A DNA stretch of 32,515 nucleotides from assembly GCF_001194135.2 (NCBI RefSeq), contig NC_068981.1:147643935-147676449 (forward strand), in the 5' to 3' direction. Each line of letters starts with the position of its first letter. The first letter of the stretch is position 1. Positions 31,991-32,515 of the stretch are shown piece after piece. The translations under genes were made by a program, and so were the position numbers. Source of the stretch: Octopus bimaculoides. Its lineage: Eukaryota. The notes under the pieces were generated by a model, which saw nothing but the letters and a program-made list of their open reading frames with translations, had not been told where the DNA came from and ran no database searches.

Positions 31991-32434
31991 TACACAGGCC
32001 TAAAAGCATTACTAAAATAATCATGTTATTTGTTTACAAAAATTGCCGGCTACATTTGTACAGATGGCGTTATGTGGTCAGCAAGAGTGATATTATTATT
32101 TGAGCCAAAAATCAAGTATAAAATTAGACTGCAAAAGACCATTGACTTGATAATATGTATGTGTACATGTCAGTGTATGAGTGAGTACTGAGAGCGAGAA
32201 ACAGACTAAGAAGTGGAGTAACTAAAATAGAAAGAGTTAAAATGGGGAAAAGTAGACAGAGCGATGCCTGTGTTTGGAAATTCAGCAGGATTAGCGCCTG
32301 TTACACATTTAATATTTAGTATTTCCCATGAGTGCAATAATGCTGGAATGAGACAACTGGGTACAGCTTTTTGGATGCTAGCATGGCTAACTGGACATAG
32401 AACCTGTTTTGGCAGCAGTACTTTTTGGCACTGG

Positions 32435-32515
32435 ACACACACACACACAGAACTATACAGATAGATAGACAGACAAATAGATAGATAGGCATATATATAT
32501 ATATATATATATATA
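32435..32515. repeat. (CA)n, (GATA)n and (TA)n microsatellites
   Basis: Direct inspection. Confidence 0.9.

Noticed and set aside
1-32515. CRISPR arrays, rRNA or true tRNA genes, prokaryotic operons
   Set aside because: No repeat-spacer arrays or rRNA motifs; tRNA-like boxes occur only as SINE heads

Overview
AT-rich, repeat-dense eukaryotic scaffold with four N gaps. The SINE families and microsatellite spectrum resemble an octopus (coleoid cephalopod) genome; this is recognised from memory, not from a database search. No intact long ORF is present, and most tracked ORFs are microsatellite or antisense artefacts. Supported protein-coding remnants are (1) a 5'-truncated, decayed R4/Dong-type non-LTR retrotransposon (RT plus restriction-like endonuclease) inside a (TAA)n tract at 4518-6740 (-) and (2) a decayed Penelope-like element (RT C-terminus plus GIY-YIG) at about 26820-27780 (+). 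Three splice-bounded, phase-compatible minus-strand exons (14300-14404, 12271-12346, 2884-2953) may be the 3' end of an unidentified host gene. The main signal is RNA-structural: five minimal type I hammerhead ribozyme motifs from four apparently unrelated sequence contexts, each with a palindromic or near-palindromic stem III. Two of them sit at the outer ends of a 1.49 kb palindrome. There are three further long inverted repeats, hAT- and piggyBac-like MITEs, many SINE copies and a duplicated exon-like segment. Percent identities are estimated by eye.
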